Shown here: positions 29,324 to 41,430 of the stretch, piece after piece
Numbering within the stretch: position 1 is the stretch's first letter
Layout of the letters: each line of letters opens with the position of its first letter
DNA from: Candidatus Sericytochromatia bacterium
GTDB taxonomy: Bacteria; Cyanobacteriota; Sericytochromatia; S15B-MN24; VGJW01
Length of the DNA: 64,000 nt
NCBI GenBank assembly: GCA_035285865.1
Contig: JAYKHS010000028.1
Coordinates: 96,001 to 160,000 of the forward strand
Reading direction: 5' to 3'
The notes under the pieces: generated by a model
What the model was told of the DNA's origin: nothing
The model's database searches: none
Seen by the model: only the letters and a program-made list of their open reading frames with translations
Program-made: the position numbers and the translations under genes

Positions 29324-30082
29324 ATGAAAATCGTCGCGACCGTCGAGGTCCGAATGGGGTCCAGCAGATTGCCCGGAAAGGCCATGATGGACGTTGTCGG
29401 ACGGCCATTGTTGGCGCGTGTGATAGAGCGTATCCGCCTCTGTCCCTCGATCGGGCATATCGTGGTGGCTACGACGGTTCATCCGGATGACGACGTGATT
29501 GAATCGTTCTGCTTGCAGTCAGGCGTGGCCGTTCATCGAGGCAGTGAGGAGGACGTGCTCCAGCGGGTCGTGGATGCCGCCGAGGGGGCGGGAGCCGACC
29601 TCGTTGTCCAGTTCGGAGGGGACTCTCCGTTCATCGACTGGCAGTTGGTGGAGGAACTTCTGCGTGCATACAGGTCCGATCCGTCCGTCGATCTCCTGAC
29701 CAACTGCCTGACGCTCACCTATCCCCTCGGGGTTTACACCTTCGTGGTGCCGATGGCCAATCTGAGACTCATCGCGCTCGAGGCGAAGAGGCCGGACGAG
29801 CGGGAAGATGTCACTCGGGCCATCTGGGAACATCCGGAACGATGGCGTTTGCGCAACTTGGAGGCTCCTGATGCCTTGCGTCGGCCACATGTCCGATTGA
29901 CGGTGGATTACCCCGAGGACCTCGCGCTGACCCGGGAACTCTACGCGCGTCTCCTGCCGACGCGTCCCGCCTTCACGACACGGGATGTTCTGGCGGTGCT
30001 CGACGCCGAGCCGACCCTTGCCCGCATCAATGCCCATTGCGTGCAACGTTCGGCACCCCACATTCCTCGGGATGGGGCCTGA
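29324..30082 (+). CDS. SpsF-like cytidylyltransferase 2
   Basis: RMGSSRLPGK, GSEEDVLQR, GDSPFID, RLTVDYPED. Confidence 0.85.
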   Translation: MKIVATVEVRMGSSRLPGKAMMDVVGRPLLARVIERIRLCPSIGHIVVATTVHPDDDVIESFCLQSGVAVHRGSEEDVLQRVVDAAEGAGADLVVQFGGDSPFIDWQLVEELLRAYRSDPSVDLLTNCLTLTYPLGVYTFVVPMANLRLIALEAKRPDEREDVTRAIWEHPERWRLRNLEAPDALRRPHVRLTVDYPEDLALTRELYARLLPTRPAFTTRDVLAVLDAEPTLARINAHCVQRSAPHIPRDGA

Positions 30083-31120
30083 ATGGCCGTAGGTCTGCGG
30101 GTCGCCATCGCCGGCTGCGGAGCCATTGCCGGCGGTTACGACGAGGCAAGCGGATTCGCCCATGCCTACACCCACGCGGGTGCGGTTCGTCGTCATCCCC
30201 GCTTCGACCTGGTTGCGGTCGCCGAGCCTAGGGAAGACCGGCGTGCGGCCTTCCGGAAGGCATGGAACGTACCAGTCGCGCACGCCACCGTCGGGGCCAT
30301 GCTCGATCAGGGGCCGTTCGATCTCCTTTGTATCTGCGTGCCCGACGCGCATCACGGGAGCGTGGTGAGGCTTGCCCTTGAGCGGGGCGGCGCGCGCGCC
30401 ATTCTTGTCGAGAAGCCTCTGGCCATGACGGCTGAGGAGGCGGTTGCGTTGGCGGATCGGGCAGCGGATGCCGGTGTGTCGCTCTACGTCAACTACAATC
30501 GGCGATGGGACCCCTTGCACGAGCGGGTTCGGACTTGGATTGCCGACGGGGGGCTGGGCGTGCTCCAAGGTGGCATCGGACATTACGTGCGTGGCTTGCG
30601 GCACAACGGCACCACGATGGTCCAGACGCTTCGCCGCCTCCTCTCCAGGGAGGTCCGTTCCGTCCGTGCCATCCGCTCCGAGCCTTCCTCACTGGACGGG
30701 GATCTGGCACTCGATGGAGTCCTCGAGTTTTCGTGCGGTACTGCAGTCTGGCTGCAGGCTGCCGATAAAGCCGAGTACGGACACAGTGTCTTCGAGATCG
30801 ACCTCATGGGCAACAGGGGTCGGGTGCGCCTGCATGACAACGGCTATCAGGTTGAGGTGTCGCAAACGGCCGAGTACCGACGGTACCCTGGCTTTCGGGA
30901 GCTGGTCCGCTGGCCGGAACTTGAGGCCACCTGGCCCGAGGGACGCATGAGGGAAACCTTGCTGGCGACGCTCGACGAGGTGGCCGACGGCCTCGACCGC
31001 AATGTGCTCTCGCTGTCGCATGCCCGCGATGCCTGTCGGGACCTGAGAGTGGTTGAGGCGCTGGAGCGTTCGTGGCGTGCGGATGGGGCGCGTTGTGCCC
31101 CCGTGGTCGATTCGAGGTAG
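30083..31120 (+). CDS. Gfo/Idh/MocA family oxidoreductase
   Basis: GCGAIA Rossmann motif, VEKP, VNYNRR. Confidence 0.9.
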   Translation: MAVGLRVAIAGCGAIAGGYDEASGFAHAYTHAGAVRRHPRFDLVAVAEPREDRRAAFRKAWNVPVAHATVGAMLDQGPFDLLCICVPDAHHGSVVRLALERGGARAILVEKPLAMTAEEAVALADRAADAGVSLYVNYNRRWDPLHERVRTWIADGGLGVLQGGIGHYVRGLRHNGTTMVQTLRRLLSREVRSVRAIRSEPSSLDGDLALDGVLEFSCGTAVWLQAADKAEYGHSVFEIDLMGNRGRVRLHDNGYQVEVSQTAEYRRYPGFRELVRWPELEATWPEGRMRETLLATLDEVADGLDRNVLSLSHARDACRDLRVVEALERSWRADGARCAPVVDSR

Positions 31121-31123
31121 CTC

Positions 31124-32413
31124 ATGTCGAAGTTGGCATTGTTCGGCGGTTCGCCGGTCCGCACCCGACCCTTCCCGGCCTACAACTCAATCGGGGACGA
31201 AGAGAAGCGGGCCGCACTCGAGGTCCTCGACACGGGCCGGCTGTCCGAGTTCATCGGGCGCCGCTGCGAGCTCTTCGGCGGGGGACGCAAGGTCCTCGAG
31301 CTGGAGGCGCTGGTCCAGGAACGCTTCAAGGTGCGCCACGCCGTGAGCATGAACTCGGCGACTTCCTGCATCTATGCGGCCCTGGGGGCCATCGGCATCG
31401 GTGCAGGTGACGAAGTCATCGTTTCGCCCTACAGCATGTGCATCTCGGCCACGGCACCCTTCCTGTATCAGGCAATTCCGGTCTTCGCTGATCTCGAGCC
31501 CGACTATTTTTGCCTGGACCCGGAGAGTGTGAGGCGCAACATCACCCCGCGTACTCGGGCCATTCTGACGGTCGACACGTTTGGCCAGAGTTCTGCCATG
31601 GAAGAGTTGCGAGCCATCGCGGATGCCCACGGCCTCAAGATCATCGTGGACTGTGCCCACGCGATGGGCGTCGACTACCAGGGGCGGTCGGCCGGAACGC
31701 TTGGCGACATCGGCATCTACAGCTTGAACGCACACAAGATTATCCAATGCGGCGAGGGAGGCCTTGCAGTAACGGACGATGACGATCTCGCCTTGAAGAT
31801 GAAGCTGATTCGAAACCACGCGGAAGCGGCAGCCGAGGATTTCGGCGTCGACCTCGTGAACATGCTGGGCCAGAACTACCGCATGCCCGAGATCGAAGCG
31901 GCTATTGCCATTGAGCAGGTTCGCAAGATGGATGGGCTCATCGCCCAGCGGGTGGAGTTGGCCGAACATCTGTCGCGTCGCCTGGCAGCCATCGACGGCC
32001 TCACGCCGCCGGCAATTCGCCCGGGTGCCACGCACGCCTATTACATCTATCCCATCAAGTACGACCAAGTCCGCATGGGTGTTCCGCGCGAGCGCATCCT
32101 CGAGGCACTGCGCGCAGAGGGTATTCCGATGTATCGGTTTGCCGGTGGCTATGTCCGGCCGCAGTATTACGAGGCGATTTTCCGGGAGCGGACGGTCTTC
32201 GCCAAGGGCCTGCCCTTCTCGTTGCCCCAGTGCGCGCGCATTCCCGATTACAGTGCGGCGGCCTGCCCTGTCATCGACAGGTTGTATCGCGAAGAGATGA
32301 TTGTCTTCCATCTGATCTATCCACCACTGACGATTGCCGACATGGATGAGATCGCCGACGCCTTCGAGAAGGTCTTCGCCCATATCGACGACCTGCGATG
32401 CGTGCCCGCCTGA
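31124..32413 (+). CDS. DegT/DnrJ/EryC1/StrS PLP aminotransferase
   Basis: NSATS, GDEVIV, DCAHA, SLNAHKIIQCGEGG (catalytic Lys), GQNYRM. Confidence 0.93.
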   Translation: MSKLALFGGSPVRTRPFPAYNSIGDEEKRAALEVLDTGRLSEFIGRRCELFGGGRKVLELEALVQERFKVRHAVSMNSATSCIYAALGAIGIGAGDEVIVSPYSMCISATAPFLYQAIPVFADLEPDYFCLDPESVRRNITPRTRAILTVDTFGQSSAMEELRAIADAHGLKIIVDCAHAMGVDYQGRSAGTLGDIGIYSLNAHKIIQCGEGGLAVTDDDDLALKMKLIRNHAEAAAEDFGVDLVNMLGQNYRMPEIEAAIAIEQVRKMDGLIAQRVELAEHLSRRLAAIDGLTPPAIRPGATHAYYIYPIKYDQVRMGVPRERILEALRAEGIPMYRFAGGYVRPQYYEAIFRERTVFAKGLPFSLPQCARIPDYSAAACPVIDRLYREEMIVFHLIYPPLTIADMDEIADAFEKVFAHIDDLRCVPA

Positions 32414-33444
32414 TCGTCTTCTCGTCCGACCCCGGTGGGGCGTCATGCCTGATTCCGGTTCTCAAGGACCTGCCCGAATCGTGGGCACTCAAGGTCTTTG
32501 CCGGCCGGGATGCCCGAGAAGCGTTTGCGAACGCGGGGTTCGATCCTGTCGCGACGGAGCCCGATTCGATTGACGAGATGCTAGAGGGTCGCGTCACTGC
32601 CGTCCTGACGTCGGCATCGAGTCTTCCGGAGCGGGACATGACGGAGAAGCGATTGTGGCGACGCGCCGCGGAACGCGATGTTCCTTCTTTGGCCGTGCTG
32701 GACCAGTGGCAATGCTACGTCGCGCGCTTCAGTGGTCCGCAGGGTCGGGAGCCTCTCGGATACCTGCCGACGGCCATTGCCGTGATGGATGAACAGGCCA
32801 GGACCGAGATGATCCGCGAAGGGTTTCCGGAAGATCGGCTCGTCGTGACGGGCCAACCGGCACTCGGGGTCGTTCGGGAACGGGTTGTATCACTGAAGGC
32901 TGCGGATTCGACCCCCGGGGCCCGGGTGACTTGGTTCAGCCAGCCGCTGCGTGCTCTGTTCGGGCGTGATCTTGGCTTCGACGAACACGACATGCTTGGC
33001 ATCGTGCGCACGGCCATGGGCATGCTGGGAGAGGGTCGCCCTCGTCTCGTCTGCAAGTTGCATCCGCGGGAGCGTCGCGAGGACTTTCCGCCCGATGAGG
33101 CGGATTTCGAGGTCGTGGCGGGCGATCGGGACAATGATGCCTTGCTGGCGGCCAGTGACGTCGTGCTCGGGATGAGCACGGTCATGCTCGTGCATGCCGT
33201 CCTTGCCGGGATCCCGACCTTGAGTGTCTCGCCGGACACCGGCGACGCCCGCAACCGTTGCCATCCTGTGGAGATGGGGGTGGTGGCCCGTCTGGCCACC
33301 CCGGATGCGGTTGCGGAACACCTGCAGGGTCTGCTGAATGACCCGGAGTGTCGGCGCGCCGCCGTCGCCAGGTTGGCCTCATTCCCGTCGCATGAAGGTG
33401 CCGTGGATGCGGTCCTGGCCCTACTTTCGCGGTTGGTGGCATGA
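32398..33444 (+). CDS. GT-B-fold protein (glycosyl/glycerophosphotransferase-like)
   Basis: SDPGGA, VTGQP, KLHPRE and SDVVLGMST pattern; coupled to neighbouring genes. Confidence 0.6.
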   Translation: MRARLIVFSSDPGGASCLIPVLKDLPESWALKVFAGRDAREAFANAGFDPVATEPDSIDEMLEGRVTAVLTSASSLPERDMTEKRLWRRAAERDVPSLAVLDQWQCYVARFSGPQGREPLGYLPTAIAVMDEQARTEMIREGFPEDRLVVTGQPALGVVRERVVSLKAADSTPGARVTWFSQPLRALFGRDLGFDEHDMLGIVRTAMGMLGEGRPRLVCKLHPRERREDFPPDEADFEVVAGDRDNDALLAASDVVLGMSTVMLVHAVLAGIPTLSVSPDTGDARNRCHPVEMGVVARLATPDAVAEHLQGLLNDPECRRAAVARLASFPSHEGAVDAVLALLSRLVA

Positions 33445-34469
33445 GCAAGTTCGACACTGGAGTCGACAAGGAACTGCGTCGGCTAATCCGGCAAATGGAG
33501 CGGACCTGCTCGGAGATGATGGAGCGTGAGCGACGCGCTCCCGGCACCGTGCTCGAGTCTCGTGCTTGTCCGGCATGTGGTGAGGAGCGGAGCTCGGGTC
33601 AGCTTGCAGGCAGCCTTTTTCCCTACGTGCGCTGCGCGACCTGCACCCTGCTGTACATGAGCCCTGCGCTGCCGGCAACCACCGTGGAGGCCGGTTTCAG
33701 CCACGAGGACACCTGGACCCGTGAATACTGGTCCTTGATGAAGGCCAGGATTCGTCTCGACGACATTCCGGGCCCCGTGCAGGCGCGGCAGCACCCGGTG
33801 CTGCGGGAAGTCCTGAGTCATCGTTCGGGCGGGCGTCTTCTGGATGTCGGATGTTCCTTCGGGCAGTTCATGGCGCACGCACGGCACTTCTTTGAGGTGG
33901 AAGGTCTCGAGATCAATCCGGAAACGGCAGCCATGGCGCGAGCGCGTGGTCTTGTCGTGCATGAGGGCCGCATCGAAGACAGGGAGGGAAAGGACGTCTA
34001 CGACGTCATCACGCTCAACCAGTTACTGTACGGCCTTCACGACCCGCTGGCTCTTGTTCGCGAGACTGCTCGGCTGCTGCGGCCGGGAGGTCTGCTCTAC
34101 ATCAATACGCCTCATGCGGACTCGTTGGCCATGCGTTGGTTCGCCGGCAAGCACTGCCATGTCCTCGGCAAGGTGAACCTGAATGTATTCAACCGACGGT
34201 CCCTGATGACGATGGCCGGTAGGGCGGGGCTCGAGCCGGTGGCCTTTCATACCGAGTGGCTGAATCTGTATGGGCCGGACATTCTGGTTCATGCGCTGCT
34301 ACCTCGGGCGTTCGTGCACCGACGAAATACGTTCGTGCCTGCCTATTCGGCCTGGTGCCGAATGGACGAGTGGCTTCAGCGCCGCTTGATGGGCAACAGA
34401 TTTCCGGCACTTGGTGACTACGCCGTGGCCGTCTTCTGCAAGCCGGGAAGGGTGGTTGTCGGTGCTTGA
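33441..34469 (+). CDS. Class I SAM methyltransferase with N-terminal Zn ribbon
   Basis: CPACG...CATC, LLDVGCSFG, GLEIN, LRPGG. Confidence 0.88.
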   Translation: MSKFDTGVDKELRRLIRQMERTCSEMMERERRAPGTVLESRACPACGEERSSGQLAGSLFPYVRCATCTLLYMSPALPATTVEAGFSHEDTWTREYWSLMKARIRLDDIPGPVQARQHPVLREVLSHRSGGRLLDVGCSFGQFMAHARHFFEVEGLEINPETAAMARARGLVVHEGRIEDREGKDVYDVITLNQLLYGLHDPLALVRETARLLRPGGLLYINTPHADSLAMRWFAGKHCHVLGKVNLNVFNRRSLMTMAGRAGLEPVAFHTEWLNLYGPDILVHALLPRAFVHRRNTFVPAYSAWCRMDEWLQRRLMGNRFPALGDYAVAVFCKPGRVVVGA

Positions 34470-34586
34470 CGCAAGCGGCGAACGCCTCGATCGGCATCTG
34501 TATTGGCGTACAATGGCCGCAGTCGGTCCCACGCACTGGGTGCTCTCGCCGAGGGCAGGGTGTTCGCAAGGCGGATGGCAGGAGCG

Positions 34587-37597
<3,011 letters not shown>

Positions 37598-37601
<4 letters not shown>

Positions 37602-39271
37602 TCATCGTCGGCAACAGCCATGTCTCGGTATTCTCGGGCGGCTGCCAGCTTCGAGGCCAGCCGGCCCTGCCCGTTGCGGTCCATTGGGTGGGGGCGCTCG
37701 AGATTGAGCACTTCTACCGGGACCATCCGGCCGCCGGCAAGGTCCGGAAGTTGCTGGCCTCCGAGCGGGACCGGCTCTTCCTGATGATGGGCAACCACGA
37801 CATTTTCCGTCTCTGCGTCCTTGCCGGTCGCCACGGGCGCGAGGCCGCTCTTGCCCATGTGCTGCAGCGCTACCGGGAGGTTTTCAGCGAGCTGTCGGCC
37901 GACGGCAAGCTGGTCTGGCTTGTGGGGCCGCAGCAGGCAGACAACGTGGCCATCCCCGGCATGGGGCCGCAGGAGATTCTGGCCATCGCCCGGGAGTTCG
38001 TGGATAAGCTTGGCGGGTGGTGTGAGGCCAACGGCATTCCCGTCATCGATCCGGTTCCGGGGATTTCCGGTCCCGACGGCCGTCCCGAGCGCCGGTGGCT
38101 GCAGGCCGACGGACTGCATCTCAAGGCTTCTGCCGCACGGTTCTACTTCGATGCCGTCCGCGAGCGACTGGGGTTGGAGCTCGAGACGCGGCACGAGACC
38201 AATCTTGCATTCGAACCTCTGGACGAGCATGAGTCCTTCTGTTCGCTGGTCCTGCAGGGGCTGGACCTGCCGCCGGAGCGCCGTTCCGGGACGGTCGAGG
38301 ATCTGCGCGGACGCGTCTTGGCCTTCGCTACCGCGCGGCTGGAGGATCGGGGCATCGCGTTCGATCTGGGGCTGGACACCGACTTCGTCGATGCGGGGCT
38401 GTTCGACTCGCTTGATCTGGTCGAGATGTATGCGCATGCCACGGAAGTGCTGGGTCTGGATCTTGATTTCGATGTTTCACTTCGGAAGCTCGAGACCCTG
38501 AGCAAGTTGTGCGGTTATCTGGAAGCCCGGACCGCAGCAATCGACCCAGACGAGCCGGTCTTGGCCGACTTCATCCAGTCGATGCGTGGGGAGGCCGACG
38601 ACTCGCTCACCCGCGAGGCGGATGCGCGCATTGCCCGGATGGGGGCGGCGCGCGCGGAGATGTTGCTCGAGGCCGTGACGACAGCCGGGGGCCTCGGCGT
38701 TTACGGCATGCCGCTGTGCTGGCTCGCTCTTGCCTATGATGAGCTGGGGCGCACGGCAGAGGCAGGGCATCTGCTGCGGCAGGCCGTGCAGCCAAGCCTT
38801 CGGTTTCCGGTCCCCGAGGCACGCGCCCGGGCTATCCGGACCGGTCGGGATATTGTGGGCGAGTCCGGTGTCGTGGCCGTGGCGTCAGGCGCGGCCGCCG
38901 TGCTTCCGGATGCGCGTGCCCGCAACGTGTTGGCGGACGATGCCGATCCGGCACTGCTCGAGCGATGGCTTCGCGTCTACCTCTCCAGCTTCTCTCCGGT
39001 CGACGATGTTGCCCTTCATGTGTTTGTCGACGCCGACGAACATAAAGTCGCGGCCCTTGGCCAGTGGATCCTGGACATCGCGGGAACCGCTGCGGAAGCG
39101 ATGGCCGACGTGGTCTTGCACGTGGGCCAACCCGTCGGTGCCCAGATCCAAGCTGCCGATCTCGTCCTTGGCGTGGGACCCATCGCCAGCCTTGCCCGGT
39201 CTCTCGGATGTCCCGTTCGCCCGGTTCCAACCAGTCTCTGGTTTACCGACTCGGACGAATCATCGTCCTGA
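37598..39271 (+). CDS. Fusion: SGNH hydrolase/acyltransferase + acyl carrier protein + helical/TPR segment + GT-like C-terminal domain
   Basis: IVGNSH, GNHD, DGLH (SGNH blocks I/III/V); DTDFVDAGLFDSLDLVEM (phosphopantetheine Ser at ~38408); ATGA overlap with upstream gene. Confidence 0.8.
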
Positions 39272-39390
39272 TTTGTCGTCCGCTTCCGGTGATCGATAGC
39301 TTTCTGTCGGCTGCAGGGTCTGCTCAAGTTTAAACACCCCTTGAGTCCAGCATAAGAACCTTCCCGGCCTGGACAGGCGATACCTCCGGT

Positions 39391-40890
39391 ATGACGTCTC
39401 CCGTCTCGATCGGCAGCTCGACCGCCTCTTCCCAGGGCCTGGTCGGCGTCCCTTCTTTCGGTGGTTCCGACACGCTCCGCACGCAGATCGAGCCGCCGTT
39501 GAACCTCGGCTTCGATCGCATCTCCCAGGGCCTTGCCAACCTTTTCGGTCAGCAGCAGCCGACCCCGCCTGTCCTGGCTCCCGTGCCGGCCCCGGCTCCC
39601 ACCCCTGGTCCCACCCCGGCCCCTTCTCCGGTTCCTGGGCCTGCGCCTGTCCCTGGTCAGCCTGCGCCCCAGCCTCTGCCGCTGCCCGGGCCGGGTGGGT
39701 CCGACATCCTGAACAACCTGCCCGGCATCATCGGCGGGGTAGTGGGCGTCATCGGTGCGATCGGTGCGATCGGTGGTGCTTTCGGCAAGACCTTTCAGAA
39801 GGACCCCAAGCCGACTCCTCCCGCGCCGGCTCCCGTGCCGCCCGGGACTCCGACCACGCAGCCGCCTTACACTCTGCCGCCCGGCGCCCCGGTCTACGTG
39901 CCGCCTCCGGGTTCGACGATGCCAGCTCCCCAGCCCCGCGAGGGTGCGACTCCGCTGCCCATCGGTCGGCCCCCCGTCCAGGCACCCGTGGCACCGGCTC
40001 CCGCGCCCGTCGCTGCCCCTGTCGCCCCGCCGCCCGCCATCGTCGTGGCTCCGCCGCCGGCAACACCGACGGTCCCGGCCAATCCTCCCGTTCCGGCCGC
40101 GCCTGCTGCCCCGGCCCCTGTGACTCCGGCCCAGCCTGTTGCTCCGGCCTCGCGTACCGTGACGGTCTCGCGTGGCGATACCCTGTGGGCCATCGCTGCC
40201 CGGGAACTGGGTGATGGTCGTCGCTGGCGCGAAATCCACGAGGCCAACCGCGGGCTCATCAAGGACCCCAACCTCATCTATCCGGGGCAGAAGTTCGTGA
40301 TCCCCGGCAAGGTCGCCGAGCCCATCCGACCGGTCGGCGATCGGCCGGCGCCCATCGGCGGAGACGATCGGACCCAAGTTCGCGCCCATACCCCCGGCAT
40401 CAACCAGTATCGTCCCGATGGTGCCGGCGCGGATTACCGCAACGGACCTTCCAACTGCGGCCCGACTTCGATGGCCATGATCGCGCGGGCGATCGGCTGG
40501 CGCGACAGCCTGTCCGAAGCCCGGCTCATCAACACGCTCGGCGATATCGGCGGCACGACGGCGGAAGGCACCAGCATCGGCGGTCTCGGCAAGATGGCGC
40601 AGGCCATGGGTCTTTCGGTCACCAGTCAGGCCGGATCCTACCTTGCCTGGGCCAATGGCCAACTCGCGGCCGGCAAGTGGGTCATCTTCAACGGCGACTA
40701 TCACGAGATGAATCCCCATCGGAATCCTGCGCGGACGTCCGGACACTACGTGCTCTGTTATGGTCTGGAAGATGGCCAGTATCTGGTTCACGATCCTGCG
40801 GACGATCGGGTCAGGCGGGTGTCCCCCGACGAGATGTACCGCTTCGTCAAGGCGCACCCTTCAGGTGGCTTCCAGATCGCTGTCGGCTGA
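39391..40890 (+). CDS. Pro-rich LysM + C39-like cysteine peptidase protein
   Basis: [11 protein letters not shown]...[13 protein letters not shown] LysM ([10 protein letters not shown]); NCGPTS (Cys), GHYV (His), HDP (Asp). Confidence 0.85.
   Translation: MTSPVSIGSSTASSQGLVGVPSFGGSDTLRTQIEPPLNLGFDRISQGLANLFGQQQPTPPVLAPVPAPAPTPGPTPAPSPVPGPAPVPGQPAPQPLPLPGPGGSDILNNLPGIIGGVVGVIGAIGAIGGAFGKTFQKDPKPTPPAPAPVPPGTPTTQPPYTLPPGAPVYVPPPGSTMPAPQPREGATPLPIGRPPVQAPVAPAPAPVAAPVAPPPAIVVAPPPATPTVPANPPVPAAPAAPAPVTPAQPVAPASRTVTVSRGDTLWAIAARELGDGRRWREIHEANRGLIKDPNLIYPGQKFVIPGKVAEPIRPVGDRPAPIGGDDRTQVRAHTPGINQYRPDGAGADYRNGPSNCGPTSMAMIARAIGWRDSLSEARLINTLGDIGGTTAEGTSIGGLGKMAQAMGLSVTSQAGSYLAWANGQLAAGKWVIFNGDYHEMNPHRNPARTSGHYVLCYGLEDGQYLVHDPADDRVRRVSPDEMYRFVKAHPSGGFQIAVG
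39560..40150 (+). repeat. Low-complexity Pro/Ala-rich coding repeats (PAP, PVAP)
   Basis: Imperfect CCGGCC/GCTCCC units encoding the linker of the LysM protein. Confidence 0.6.
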
Positions 40891-40914
40891 GCGCGCCAGG
40901 TCGCCCGGGCTGAC

Positions 40915-41388
40915 ATGACGGATCCGCTCGGTCACCTGCCGGCGCATGCGGTCCTGAGCGCCGTGCGTTTCGGACCTGCTGCCGGCGACCTGTTGCTGAC
41001 CTTCGCGCACGGCCCGCGGTTGGCTCTGCCCGTGGCCCTGCTGCCTCCGTTGCGGCGACTGACCGCGGAACAGCTCTCTGGCCTCGAGGTAGCCGATGAC
41101 GGCCTCGCGGTGGCGTGGCCGGCCCTCGGGATGGTACTCCCGGTGTCGACCTTGCTGCCGTTGGTCTTCGGCCTTGAAGCCAGGATTGCAGACACGCCGC
41201 AGGATGGTGCGGTGGGACTCGATGGGGCGGGGCCGCTTCCCGGCACGCCGGCGCCCGAGCCATGGACCGAGCAGGACCTGATGAAGGCTTGGGCCCGTGC
41301 CGCCGGTTCGCGGCGCAGTGCGGCCAAGACCGAGGCTGCCCGACGGAATGGACGCAAGGGGGGCCGTCCGCGCAAGGCCAAGGCTTAA
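40915..41388 (+). CDS. DUF2442-like protein with basic C-terminal tail
   Basis: EQLSGLEV..DGLAVAWPAL; C-terminal SAAKTEAARRNGRKGGRPRK. Confidence 0.7.
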   Translation: MTDPLGHLPAHAVLSAVRFGPAAGDLLLTFAHGPRLALPVALLPPLRRLTAEQLSGLEVADDGLAVAWPALGMVLPVSTLLPLVFGLEARIADTPQDGAVGLDGAGPLPGTPAPEPWTEQDLMKAWARAAGSRRSAAKTEAARRNGRKGGRPRKAKA

Positions 41389-41430
41389 TGGGTTGTTTAC
41401 AAGTCCTGAATAAAACCTTATTGTGAGGGC

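Noticed and set aside
29313..29327. Mini-ORF MNAA overlapping the start of cytidylyltransferase 2
   Set aside because: The GAGGAGG SD is only 1 nt from this ATG, too close for initiation; it more plausibly serves ATG 29324.
39560..40150. CRISPR array or non-coding tandem repeat
   Set aside because: The repeats are imperfect, codon-phased and encode a Pro/Ala linker; there is no repeat-spacer periodicity.
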